Shown piece by piece: positions 38,969-48,375 of a stretch of 64,000 nt of DNA; positions within the stretch are counted from its first letter, which is position 1, and each line of letters starts with the position of its first letter. The stretch lies in NCBI GenBank assembly GCA_964347065.1, contig CAYFXN010000002.1:9471-73470 (forward strand). The letters are read 5' to 3'. A program made the position numbers and the translations under genes. A model generated the notes under the pieces. It had not been told where the DNA came from and did not search any database. It saw only the letters and a list, made by a program, of their open reading frames with translations. This stretch comes from an uncultured bacterium. Its GTDB lineage: Bacteria; Desulfobacterota; Deferrimicrobia; J040.

Positions 38969-39600
38969 AAAAGGATGTCGTGACGATAAGCAAGGACGGT
39001 ACGCTCTCCGAGGCAAAAGGAATGATGAGGAAACACGGGATAAATCAACTGCCGGTGATGGACGCTGACAAAATCATCGGCATCATATCGAAAAGAGACA
39101 TACAGGCAGCTACGATGCCCCTTCTCCTCCTCGATGAAATGGAGGAGGGTAAAATCAGGGAATCCCTGGCAATAACGAGCGTTACGAAGCTGATGACGAA
39201 AAATCCAATAGTAGCCAACGTGAACGACACACTGGAGGACGCCGTTATCCTCATGCACGACTACAAGATAAACTCCCTGCCTGTCTTGACGGACGAGGGA
39301 AATCTCGTTGGCATCATTTCGAAAACCGATATTCTGGAAGCCTTCATTGAGGCGCTCGGTGTGAAGGAAGCCAGCCAGCGCATGGAAGTGGTGGTTGCCG
39401 ACGAGCCGGGAGCACTGGCAGAGGTGGTAAACACCATCAAACAATCCAACACGAATCTGATTAGCTTTATGACAACACCCCATCCCAGCGGCAAAAAGAG
39501 GATCGTTTACCTGAGAGTGGCAACGATCAACATCCTCCCCATCAAGGAAGCACTGGAGAAAAAGGGCATTGAGATACTGGATCCGAGGAACTCATCCTGA
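38947..39600 (+). CDS. CBS-pair + ACT domain protein (AcuB-like)
   Basis: Two CBS motifs ('QLPVMDADKIIGIISKRDI', 'SLPVLTDEGNLVGIISKTDIL') plus an ACT-like C-terminus; overlaps the HDAC gene. Confidence 0.75.
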   Translation: MFVRRRMKKDVVTISKDGTLSEAKGMMRKHGINQLPVMDADKIIGIISKRDIQAATMPLLLLDEMEEGKIRESLAITSVTKLMTKNPIVANVNDTLEDAVILMHDYKINSLPVLTDEGNLVGIISKTDILEAFIEALGVKEASQRMEVVVADEPGALAEVVNTIKQSNTNLISFMTTPHPSGKKRIVYLRVATINILPIKEALEKKGIEILDPRNSS

Positions 39601-40364
39601 TGCTGAGTGACCTTGCCCTTTTTGTGGCCGGTTTTTTCGCCGGAACCTTCGGTGCACTTCTCGGCATCGGGGGAGGGATTATCGTGGTGCCCTTTCTGGT
39701 TCTCTTCATCAAGGTGCCGATCAGAATCGCAATCGGGACGAGTTTTATCGCCGTTTTGTCCACCTCTCTTTCAGCGGCATCATCCTACCTGAAAAAAGGG
39801 CTGTGCGATATCGAGACAGGCGTAAGGCTCGAGATTGCAACCGTTGCGGGGGCTGCAATCGGAGCTTATATGGCCGGATGGGTGGAACAGAGATTCCTCC
39901 AGACCGCCTTCTCCATCATCCTTTTATATGTTGCGTTTGCCATGATTACGAAAAAAAACAAAGAGAGGGACGAGAGAGATCGACAAAACCGTGAAACCCC
40001 GAACAACTATCTGGGGGCAGACGTGGCCTCCTTTTTTGCAGGGGTAATCTCCGGTTCCCTCGGCGTGGGGGGAGGCCTCATAAAGGTGCCCGTCCTTCAT
40101 AAACTCCTTCATTTTCCCATGCCCCGGGCAATAGCAACGAGCAGTTACATGATTGGAATCACCGTCGCTACCAGCACCCTGGTATTCACCTTCAGGGGGG
40201 ATATCGACCCTTACATCGCCGCTCCCCTCGTTGCAGGAGTTTATCTCGGTGCTCGCCAGGGAGCCCGCATCATGCCCAAAATTCCCGAAAAAGGGCTGAA
40301 GATTGCGTTTTCCCTGTTGCTGTTGTACTTTGCCGTGAGGTTTCTGATCATGGGGGTTGGGTGA
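39600..40364 (+). CDS. TauE/SafE (DUF81) family anion exporter
   Basis: Duplicated 'GxxGxxxGxGGG' segments ('GALLGIGGGIIVVP', 'GSLGVGGGLIKVP'). Confidence 0.8.
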   Translation: MLSDLALFVAGFFAGTFGALLGIGGGIIVVPFLVLFIKVPIRIAIGTSFIAVLSTSLSAASSYLKKGLCDIETGVRLEIATVAGAAIGAYMAGWVEQRFLQTAFSIILLYVAFAMITKKNKERDERDRQNRETPNNYLGADVASFFAGVISGSLGVGGGLIKVPVLHKLLHFPMPRAIATSSYMIGITVATSTLVFTFRGDIDPYIAAPLVAGVYLGARQGARIMPKIPEKGLKIAFSLLLLYFAVRFLIMGVG

Positions 40365-40656
40365 TATGGAAGAAAGAAGAGAACAAATGGTGGCGCTGCT
40401 TTACAAACTCGTACTCTACATTTCCATTTTCGCCATGATAGCCGGTAAGATTCTTCACGGATTCGATAACAGGCTCGGTGCAAAGATGGTCAACGGAGGC
40501 GTCTACCTCATCACCTTCTGCCCTATCGCCGGCCTTGTGACGGTGATGTTCTACAGTTACCGCCTGGGAAACCGGAGGCTCTTTACAAGGAGCCTGATCG
40601 TAACCCTCCTTATCCTCCTCATCATGTCAGGAATCATCGCCTCAGGATCACGTTAA
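40357..40656 (+). CDS. Small membrane protein (hypothetical)
   Basis: Three hydrophobic segments; 8-nt overlap with the upstream gene suggests co-translation. Confidence 0.4.
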   Translation: MGDMEERREQMVALLYKLVLYISIFAMIAGKILHGFDNRLGAKMVNGGVYLITFCPIAGLVTVMFYSYRLGNRRLFTRSLIVTLLILLIMSGIIASGSR

Positions 40657-42017
40657 GATCGTCCCGCCAGAATTCCCCGGGCGGCGAGAATACCGTTGAG
40701 CGCCGCACCGACAATGCCCCTCGACTTGCCAACCCCGTCTCCAGCCACATAGAGCCCCGGAACAGAGGTCTGCAGGTTTACATCTGTCACATACTTGGTG
40801 TCGTAGTACTTTATCTCCGGAATATAGATAAGCGTCGAGGGATGGAGGACTCCCGGAAGGACCTTGCCGAGCAGATCGAGGCTCTCCCTTAAATTATCGA
40901 CGATGCGACCCGGGTAGGCGAACGAGACGTCACCGGGAGTTACGTATTTTCCCGGCGGCAGTGTGGGCTCCAGCTTGTCGTAACCCTTTTCCCTGCTGAA
41001 AAACGTTTCCTTCTTCGACCGGGACCCGTTGAGCAAATCACCCAACCTCTGAACGATAGCGCTCTTTGTGCCCCCCCAGAAATTGGCAAATTTTGCCACC
41101 TTGATTCCCATCAGCTTCGTATCCTGGACGGGCTCCGTCATGTTCACCGTGTTGAGAATCGCGAAGTTGGTGTTGCTCGTCTTTTTCTTTTTCAGGGCAT
41201 CGCCGTTTACCAGAATATAGTCAATGTTCTTCTCGATCCTGACCCTGCCGTAAGGATTGGTGCAGAAAGTCCGTGTTTTGTCTCTGTGCGTCGGCGTTAC
41301 GAAATGGAATTTGGGATCGTAGAGAACGGATGTTATCTCTTCCATCACCGAGGCTGACACTTCTATTCGGCAGCCGATGTCGATGGGCCCGAAACACATT
41401 TCCGTTCCCAGATCTTTGGCAACTTCCCTGAACCAGTAGGCACCCTCCCTTCCCGGCGCAACGATGGTGTAACGCGAACGGAGCCTCTTTCCGCCTGCGT
41501 CAATAACGAAGGTGTCACCTTGGCGGACAGACTTCACGTTTACTCCCATGTCGAATTTCACTCCCCTGGCCTTTATCTTCCCCACCAGATTTTTAATCAC
41601 CCGATGCGTCATGTCAGTTCCCATGTGCCTCTGACGGGCCGGTATGAGGCTCACGTCGAACCTTTCGTCCTCGTATTGCCGCCGTACCCATGACACTTTC
41701 TCGAGCCACCACCGAATCTTTTCGTCGTCGACACCGTAGAGCGTGGGGTCGGCGCCACAATCGAGAAACACCGAATCGACGTAATCGATAATGTGCTGAG
41801 CCTCTTTTCTGCTCAGATCGAGCTCATCGAGATCCATCCCGATCAGGGGGGTAAGGTTGAGCTTTCCGTCCGTCAGGGCACCGGCACCGCCGGCGCTTTT
41901 TTTCCCCTCCAGAACCAGGACGTCCATTTTCCCTGATAGCTCGAGGGCAGCGAATAGACCTGCAGGACCTGCCCCGATGATGATGACCTCATAAAAGTTG
42001 GACCCTTTTCCCGCCAA
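40653..42017 (-). CDS. FAD-dependent oxidoreductase (COG2509-like uncharacterised dehydrogenase)
   Basis: 'VIIIGAGPAGLFAALEL' dinucleotide-binding motif; C-terminal 'LYVAGDGVGKSRGIVGAALNGILAA'. Confidence 0.7.
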   Translation of the reverse strand: MAGKGSNFYEVIIIGAGPAGLFAALELSGKMDVLVLEGKKSAGGAGALTDGKLNLTPLIGMDLDELDLSRKEAQHIIDYVDSVFLDCGADPTLYGVDDEKIRWWLEKVSWVRRQYEDERFDVSLIPARQRHMGTDMTHRVIKNLVGKIKARGVKFDMGVNVKSVRQGDTFVIDAGGKRLRSRYTIVAPGREGAYWFREVAKDLGTEMCFGPIDIGCRIEVSASVMEEITSVLYDPKFHFVTPTHRDKTRTFCTNPYGRVRIEKNIDYILVNGDALKKKKTSNTNFAILNTVNMTEPVQDTKLMGIKVAKFANFWGGTKSAIVQRLGDLLNGSRSKKETFFSREKGYDKLEPTLPPGKYVTPGDVSFAYPGRIVDNLRESLDLLGKVLPGVLHPSTLIYIPEIKYYDTKYVTDVNLQTSVPGLYVAGDGVGKSRGIVGAALNGILAARGILAGRS

Positions 42018-43029
42018 TCCTGACCTCCAAACCCCTCGAAATGGAAAAAGGAAGGGGTGAAAAGCCCGCTTTTTCAGCAGCTGCCTCTGCGCTCTTGCGG
42101 TGTTCGGGCCCCTTCAGTACCGCAAACATTGTTCCTCCGCCCCCTGCTCCACAGAGCCTCGCTGAATAGATCATTTTTCGCACATCCTTTTTCTTCAAAA
42201 AATTCTCGAAACGATCAAAGGTCACTTGCGGGGAGAGGCTTTTTCGGACGTGCCAGTCACGTTCAATTACTGCGCCCAGCATGGCCGGATCTTTTTTCGA
42301 TATGACATCCGACGCTTCTTTGGCAAGGGAGAGGAGCTGCATAAATTTCTCCTGGTTCTTTCTCCCTCCGTCGAGAAGTTTTTTCACGAGAAGCCAGTTC
42401 TCGTTCGCGCTCGTATGAGAAATGCCCGTGTAGGCCAGCAAACCGTACTCCTCGAGAAACCGGCACTCCGCCTTTTCCTTCTTGATATTTACCATCTGCG
42501 TCTTTCCCGGTGAAAACCGGATTACGTTCAAGCCGCCAAAAATTGCGGGAACATAATCCTGTTTCCCCGTCATCATCTTTATCAGGGAAGACTCGATCTC
42601 CGAAGCGACGAGAGACAGGTTCCGAAGAGGGATGAGATTATCCGAGATGAGCCCGATGGCAATCAAGAGCGAAACGATAAGGGATGATGAAGCGCCAAGG
42701 CCGGAACCCATGGGAGCCTCTGAGTCAAAGGAGAGAACAAAGTTGTTGAGGGGCGGAAAGTACTCAAACACGTGCTTGATGAGGGAAAGCCGCCCCTTGT
42801 TCTCAAGGGAATGTGAATGTGCAAATTCCCGTTTTTCCCCCCTTCCGAAATGGATCAATATCCCTTCATCGTCCCGCCTTTTCACCCTGACCCGGGAAAA
42901 CACATTGATCGCAAAGTTCACCGTCAGGGATGAGCCGATAACGTTATATACGGGATAAACATCGAGGGTCCCGCCGGCGATATCAACCCGGACGGGTGTT
43001 TTGACCGTTACTGTGGAAGAGCCTTCCAT
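41989..43029 (-). CDS. GHMP-family sugar kinase (HddA/fucokinase-like)
   Basis: 'VRVDIAGGTLDVYPV' N-terminus and GHMP motif 'PMGSGLGASSSL'. Confidence 0.75.
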   Translation of the reverse strand: MEGSSTVTVKTPVRVDIAGGTLDVYPVYNVIGSSLTVNFAINVFSRVRVKRRDDEGILIHFGRGEKREFAHSHSLENKGRLSLIKHVFEYFPPLNNFVLSFDSEAPMGSGLGASSSLIVSLLIAIGLISDNLIPLRNLSLVASEIESSLIKMMTGKQDYVPAIFGGLNVIRFSPGKTQMVNIKKEKAECRFLEEYGLLAYTGISHTSANENWLLVKKLLDGGRKNQEKFMQLLSLAKEASDVISKKDPAMLGAVIERDWHVRKSLSPQVTFDRFENFLKKKDVRKMIYSARLCGAGGGGTMFAVLKGPEHRKSAEAAAEKAGFSPLPFSISRGLEVRIGGKRVQLL

Positions 43030-43183
43030 AGTATCCTTTTACCATTGAAGTAACGTCGTATGCAATTCGAACTCCATGAGCCAGCACCTTCTCCGACCCG
43101 AACGGAGATAAATCCTTGCGAAAGAAAAGTGGGATACATACAATCGAGATGAGGGTTACAATACCGTGAAAGGAGGGGCAGAC

Positions 43184-43888
43184 ATGGGAAGCGTGAAAGT
43201 CAAGTGGCTCGGCCATTCCGGATTCCAAATAACATCTCCGGAGGGCAAGGTAATTTTCATCGATCCCTGGTTCGAGGGAAACCCCCAGGCGGGAGGGGAG
43301 AAAACGGCTCTCGGCAAAGGTGATTTCCTGCTCATCACCCACGATCACTTTGACCATGCAGGTGACGCGATCTCGGTAGCGAAGGCAACGGGAGCGCTCG
43401 TGGTCAGCATTTTCGAAATAGCCGTCGACCTGAAACAGAAGGGGATCCCCGATTCGCAGATTTTACACGGTGGAAACGGGATGAACATCGGTGGAACGGT
43501 GAGTTTCGATGGAATATCCTTCACTATGGTGCAGGCTTTTCACTCCAGCACCCTCGGATCACCGGTCGGGTTTGTGATAAAGCTCGAAAACGGATTCACC
43601 ATCTACCACGCCGGAGACACGGGCGTATTTTCAGAGATGCAGCTGATCGGGGAACTGTATGACGTGGATCTCGCCATTCTCCCGGTTGGCTCCGTTTTCA
43701 CAATGGATGGTCTGCAGGCAGCAAAAGCGTTAAGTCTCATCCAGCCGAAATATGCCATACCGATGCACTTTGGGACCTTTCCCATTCTGGACCCCACGGC
43801 AGACACATTTATCGAAAAGGCTGGTATCTTTTGTCCGGGAGTGAAGATAGAAGTCCTCTCACCCGGCGGGGAGAAGGGGTTCTCATAA
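43184..43888 (+). CDS. Metallo-beta-lactamase-fold metal-dependent hydrolase (UPF0173-like)
   Basis: 'WLGHSGF', 'ITHDHFDHAGD' motif; AGGAGG RBS before the ATG at 43184. Confidence 0.75.
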   Translation: MGSVKVKWLGHSGFQITSPEGKVIFIDPWFEGNPQAGGEKTALGKGDFLLITHDHFDHAGDAISVAKATGALVVSIFEIAVDLKQKGIPDSQILHGGNGMNIGGTVSFDGISFTMVQAFHSSTLGSPVGFVIKLENGFTIYHAGDTGVFSEMQLIGELYDVDLAILPVGSVFTMDGLQAAKALSLIQPKYAIPMHFGTFPILDPTADTFIEKAGIFCPGVKIEVLSPGGEKGFS

Positions 43889-44151
43889 GGTACGCTGACG
43901 GTCCGAAACCAGGTGACGGCAGGCGAAGGTGAAAGTGACCAACGCTTGACTCCGAAGCTTTTCGGGATGAGGCTTTTCATCTACAATCCGGGTGAGGGTG
44001 CTTCAGCGTCCGCCCATAGCTCAATATGCACCTGCTTTCCCCGTCCGGGTGTCGATTCAGGATGGCAAGCCTACTCAACCGCATTTCGCGTATCATGCAT
44101 TCACTGAACCGCGGGGGTGAGGCCGCGGGGAGAAGGTGGCTCGGAAAAAGT

Positions 44152-44403
44152 TCACTGGAAAGTGTCTTTAAAGACGCCCCGGATTGCCCTTTTGAACCGG
44201 GGCAGGTACACCAGATCGAACACATATCCCTTCCCCGGGAAGAGGTTTTCCGATATTTCCCGCAATCGGGGGATAATCTCCTGTGAATCTTCCAGAGACA
44301 GGTTCCCCGATATGATAAGGGTAAGATTCAGGTCAACGAGAAATCTCAGGTAGCGTATCTTCCTGTTTTCCTCTTCGATTGCTCTCTGTTTGTTCTGGCT
44401 CAT
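44152..44403 (-). CDS. Hypothetical small protein
   Basis: ORF directly downstream of uppP on the same strand; start ambiguous (ATG at 44403 or TTG at 44454). Confidence 0.3.
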   Translation of the reverse strand: MSQNKQRAIEEENRKIRYLRFLVDLNLTLIISGNLSLEDSQEIIPRLREISENLFPGKGYVFDLVYLPRFKRAIRGVFKDTFQ

Positions 44404-44457
44404 GGCGAAATATTCCTGGGCCGTCGCGTCGCGCCATCGAAACGCAGGGAACAACCC

Positions 44458-45237
44458 TCAACCGAAGACGAGGGTAAAGAAAAACAGCGCGAGCAGGTAA
44501 TACCCGAACAGGTACATTTTCATCTTGATAATAACTCTTTTCAGTATAACAAGAGAAAGGTAGCCTGAAAAGAAAGCCGCCACGAATCCCAGCACCATGG
44601 CCGGGACAGAAAATGTGGATGAGATATTCCCGGTGAATACGTGGAGGATCACAGCACTCAATATCGCAGGAATCGACGCGATGAAGGAGAATGTAAAGGA
44701 TGAACGGTAGTCAACCCCCGTCATGACTCCAGCCATAATAGTCGCGCCTGATCGGGATAACCCGGGAATGACCGACATCCCCTGCACCGTTCCGATCAGG
44801 AAAGCCCTCAGGCCCGTAACCTCTCCTTCCGTCTTCACGGGAATGAGAACCGGGATTACCAGGATAAGCGCGGTGACCAGAAAGGCGGCCCTCACCACCT
44901 TCAACGAGGCGAAGATACTGCCAAATTTCTCAGACACCACGAGTCCGATCAGCACCGTGGGAATCGTTGCGATCAAAACGTGGTAGAGGTAAGCAATCCC
45001 GTTTTTCCCGCCGTGTATGCTCGCCCTGATTATTTCCGCAAGTTCACGTCGAAAGAAAAAGACGGTGGCCGTCATCGTTGCCACGTGAAGAAGAATGTCG
45101 AAGAAGAGTTCCGGCTCTTTTAGCCCGAACAGATGCTGGAAGAGGACGAGATGCCCCGAACTGGAAACAGGCAGGAACTCGGTCACCCCCTGTAATAAAC
45201 CGAGAAACACGGCCGCTAATATTTTCTGTGTGGGCAA
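44458..45237 (-). CDS. uppP: Undecaprenyl-diphosphatase
   Basis: 'GLLQGVTEFLPVSSSGHL' and 'PGLSRSG' BacA motifs. Confidence 0.9.
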   Translation of the reverse strand: MPTQKILAAVFLGLLQGVTEFLPVSSSGHLVLFQHLFGLKEPELFFDILLHVATMTATVFFFRRELAEIIRASIHGGKNGIAYLYHVLIATIPTVLIGLVVSEKFGSIFASLKVVRAAFLVTALILVIPVLIPVKTEGEVTGLRAFLIGTVQGMSVIPGLSRSGATIMAGVMTGVDYRSSFTFSFIASIPAILSAVILHVFTGNISSTFSVPAMVLGFVAAFFSGYLSLVILKRVIIKMKMYLFGYYLLALFFFTLVFG

Positions 45238-45243
45238 GGCTTT

Positions 45244-46620
45244 CTAATCCCCGACCTTTCTCGCTTCCATGGCTACCCTGACCGCCTCATTGACGGTTGC
45301 CCGGATTTTCTCAACTTCCTCCTCACTTCTCCCCTCGAATCTCAAAACGAGAACAGGCTGAGTATTGGAAGCCCTCACCAGCCCCCACCCACCGTCAAAA
45401 AGCGCCCGCACGCCATCGATCGTCACCACTTCCTTGGCCACCCTTGAGAGCGCCTTCTTCACCTCTTCCACCACTTCGAATTTGGCTTCGTCGGGACAAT
45501 CCCTTCTGATCTCAGGCGTGGAGACCACCTCCGGCAATCCGGATAGCAGTGAAGAAAGAGGGGCATCCCCCCGGGACATAATTTCGAAGAGCCTGGCCGA
45601 GGCGTATATCGCGTCGTCGAAGCCGTAATACCGATCCTTGAAAAATATGTGCCCGCTCATCTCTCCGGCCAGCTCCGCCCCCACCTCTTTCATCTTCTTC
45701 TTTATCAGCGAATGGCCGGTCTTGTACATGAGGGGTTTCCCGCCATGTTTCTCGATGTCATCATACAGGTTCTGGGATGCTTTGACCTCGGAGATGATCG
45801 TAGCGCCCGGTTTTCTTCCCAGCAGCTCGCGCGAGAATATTACGAGAAGGTAATCGCCAAAAATTACCTTTCCTGTCTCATCTACCACACCGATCCTGTC
45901 TGCGTCGCCATCGTACGCCACGCCGACGTCGGCGCCCGTTTCCCTGACTTTCTCGATGAGCTTTTGCAGGTTTTCCGGAACGGTGGGATCCGGGAAGTGA
46001 TTGGGAAAGTTTCCGTCGGGTTCTTCAAAGAGAGGGATTACGTCGACACCCAACTCACGGAATAGTTTCGGCGCCACCAGGCCCGCAGTTCCGTTCCCGC
46101 AGTCCACAACTGCCCTGATGCTTTTTACGAGGCTCACGTTTTCCCTGATCTTCTCCTCGTAGAGGGGGGTAACGAACTCGTGACGGAGGGTCCCCTCTCC
46201 ATGAATGAAGGTTTCATTTTCGACGATTGTTCTCACTTCCTGAATCATGTCGCCGTAGATGGCGGTGGTGCCGACGCAAAGCTTGAAGCCATTATATTCC
46301 GGTGGGTTGTGGCTTCCCGTTATCATGACTCCACCGTCTGTTCCCAGCTCAACGATAGAGAAATACAGAAGAGGTGTCGGTACCTGTCCCACGTCCACCA
46401 CATCGATGCCCGATGTCAAAAGACCGCGCACCACAGCGTCACGGAACTCCGGAGAAGAAAGACGCACGTCCCTGCCCAGGGAGAGGCGTTTCACCCCTTT
46501 TCGAGAACAATAGGAGGCAAAACCCTGTGCAATTTTATACACACTCCCGGCATCCAAATCCTCTCCCACGACTCCCCTGATATCATACTCTCTGAAAATA
46601 GAAGGGTTCATGATCGACAT
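45244..46620 (-). CDS. Phosphomannomutase/phosphoglucomutase (alpha-D-phosphohexomutase family)
   Basis: 'FREYDIRG', active-site 'TGSHNPPEYNGFK', Mg-loop 'DGDADR'. Confidence 0.85.
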   Translation of the reverse strand: MSIMNPSIFREYDIRGVVGEDLDAGSVYKIAQGFASYCSRKGVKRLSLGRDVRLSSPEFRDAVVRGLLTSGIDVVDVGQVPTPLLYFSIVELGTDGGVMITGSHNPPEYNGFKLCVGTTAIYGDMIQEVRTIVENETFIHGEGTLRHEFVTPLYEEKIRENVSLVKSIRAVVDCGNGTAGLVAPKLFRELGVDVIPLFEEPDGNFPNHFPDPTVPENLQKLIEKVRETGADVGVAYDGDADRIGVVDETGKVIFGDYLLVIFSRELLGRKPGATIISEVKASQNLYDDIEKHGGKPLMYKTGHSLIKKKMKEVGAELAGEMSGHIFFKDRYYGFDDAIYASARLFEIMSRGDAPLSSLLSGLPEVVSTPEIRRDCPDEAKFEVVEEVKKALSRVAKEVVTIDGVRALFDGGWGLVRASNTQPVLVLRFEGRSEEEVEKIRATVNEAVRVAMEARKVGD

Positions 46621-46632
46621 CCCTTAATTGAC

Positions 46633-48078
46633 TCAGTCTATGTTGATCTCCATGTAGGCTCTCGACTTCCTCCGGGCGACCTTGGTCCTGTGCGCGGCCT
46701 TGGCCACTTCCTTGCCCACGGCGGAAACCACCTTTTTGTTGAAAACGCTCGGAATTATGTAATCCTCATAGAGTTCCGAATCTGACACGCATGACGCTAT
46801 GGCGTAGGCTGCAGCGATCTTCATTTCCTCGTTTATCTTCGATGCTCTGGCGTCCAGTGCTCCTCTGAAAATACCGGGAAAACAGAGGACATTGTTTATC
46901 TGATTGGGGTAATCCGACCTGCCCGTGGCCATAATCCTCACAATGGGTGCGGCTTCTTCCGGCATGATCTCGGGATCCGGGTTGGCCATAGCGAAAACGA
47001 TGGGATCCCTCGCCATCTTCTTTAAGTCTTCACTGGTTATGATGCCCGGCCCGGAAAGTCCTATGAAAACGTCGGCCCCTTCGATGACATCGCTGATGCT
47101 TCCCTTCTGGCACTTGGGGTTGGTGTTATTTGCGTACCACTCCTTCATGAAGTTCATGTGCTCGGTCCGCCCGAAATATATGGTACCAACCCTGTCGACG
47201 CCGATAATGTTTTTTACTCCGGCATTCATGAGCATCTTCGAGACAGCCACGCCGGATGCCCCGACACCGGCCACGACGATCTTCAGGTTCTCGATTTTCT
47301 TCTTCACGATCTTCAACGCATTGATCAGTGCCGCTAGCACCACGACGGCGGTACCGTGCTGGTCATCGTGGAACACGGGGATATCCAGCTCCTGAATCAG
47401 CCGATCCTCAATTTCGAAGCATCTCGGGGAGGAAATATCCTCGAGATTGATTCCGCCAAAACCGGGGGCAATCATCTTCACCGCCCTTACGATCTCTTCT
47501 GAATCCTTGGTATCAAGGCAAATTGGCCAGGCGTCGATATTGGCGAACTCTTTGAACAGCATCGCTTTTCCTTCCATAACCGGCATCGACGCCTCCGGTC
47601 CGATGTCTCCCAGTCCCAAAACCGCTGTCCCGTCAGTAACCACAGCAACGGAGTTCCTCTTCACCGTCAACGTGTGGGCTTTCGTTTTGTCCCTTGCAAT
47701 TGCCGTGCAAATCCGGGCGACGCCGGGGGTGTAGGCCATCGACAGGTCACCCCGGGTCTTTATCGGCATCTTGTTTTTAATCTCAACTTTCCCGCCCAGG
47801 TGAATCAGGAAGGTCATATCAGAAACATTGACGATTCTCACACCCTCCATCGACCTGACGGCCTCAATAATCTTCCGGGCGTGGTCGACGCCTCTCGCCT
47901 TCACGGTAATATCCCTGATGACTGTTCCCCTGTTAAACCCCGAAAGGTCAACTGCCCCGATGTCGCCGCCACTCTCACCTATGATCGTCGTAACCTTACC
48001 GAGCATCCCCACTAAGTTTTGAACCTCAACCCTTATGATAAAACTGTAACTCTCGCTGGGGGTTATGTTCTCTGCCAA
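46633..48078 (-). CDS. NAD(P)-dependent malic enzyme with an N-terminal ACT domain
   Basis: ACT-like N-terminus followed by a malic-enzyme core ('YTPGVARIC', 'VVTDGTAVLGLGDIG', 'VVAGVGASGVAV'). Confidence 0.8.
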   Translation of the reverse strand: MAENITPSESYSFIIRVEVQNLVGMLGKVTTIIGESGGDIGAVDLSGFNRGTVIRDITVKARGVDHARKIIEAVRSMEGVRIVNVSDMTFLIHLGGKVEIKNKMPIKTRGDLSMAYTPGVARICTAIARDKTKAHTLTVKRNSVAVVTDGTAVLGLGDIGPEASMPVMEGKAMLFKEFANIDAWPICLDTKDSEEIVRAVKMIAPGFGGINLEDISSPRCFEIEDRLIQELDIPVFHDDQHGTAVVVLAALINALKIVKKKIENLKIVVAGVGASGVAVSKMLMNAGVKNIIGVDRVGTIYFGRTEHMNFMKEWYANNTNPKCQKGSISDVIEGADVFIGLSGPGIITSEDLKKMARDPIVFAMANPDPEIMPEEAAPIVRIMATGRSDYPNQINNVLCFPGIFRGALDARASKINEEMKIAAAYAIASCVSDSELYEDYIIPSVFNKKVVSAVGKEVAKAAHRTKVARRKSRAYMEINID

Positions 48079-48133
48079 TGTATGTTCCTCCTTGGTGATG
48101 GTAATTTTTGCATTTTAATCCCTTACGACCAAA

Positions 48134-48143
48134 TATTGCAATA
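48134..48143. promoter_or_regulatory. Perfect 10-bp palindrome TATTGCAATA in the malic-enzyme/XRE divergent intergenic region (candidate operator)
   Basis: Self-complementary sequence; a related ATGTTGCAATAT copy lies about 140 bp downstream. Confidence 0.35.
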
Positions 48144-48271
48144 CCCGGGAGCACATATTTTGGTATCCGCTATGCATTAATCTGAAAAATTTTCGTCTCA
48201 GGGAAAAATATGATGCTATACTGAAGAAAAATATAATAGTTCATTTTTTTAAAAAATACTTATTATCTTGG

Positions 48272-48285
48272 ATGTTGCAATATTC
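48272..48285. promoter_or_regulatory. Second TTGCAATA-core partial palindrome about 90 bp upstream of the XRE-cupin regulator start
   Basis: ATGTTGCAATATTC shares the TTGCAATA core with the upstream palindrome. Confidence 0.3.
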
Positions 48286-48375
48286 TGGGAAACCGTTATG
48301 ATTACCGGGCCTTTTCCAGTAGAAAAATCGATATTTCCCCACAACACCTACTAAATAACAAGGAGGATTTGAAGT

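Noticed and set aside
43888-44152. Possible ncRNA or riboswitch in the 264-bp convergent intergenic region (CCGCGG...CCGCGG hairpin)
   Set aside because: I could not fold it by eye into any known riboswitch consensus. It is only a short GC palindrome without a U-tract and could be a weak terminator.
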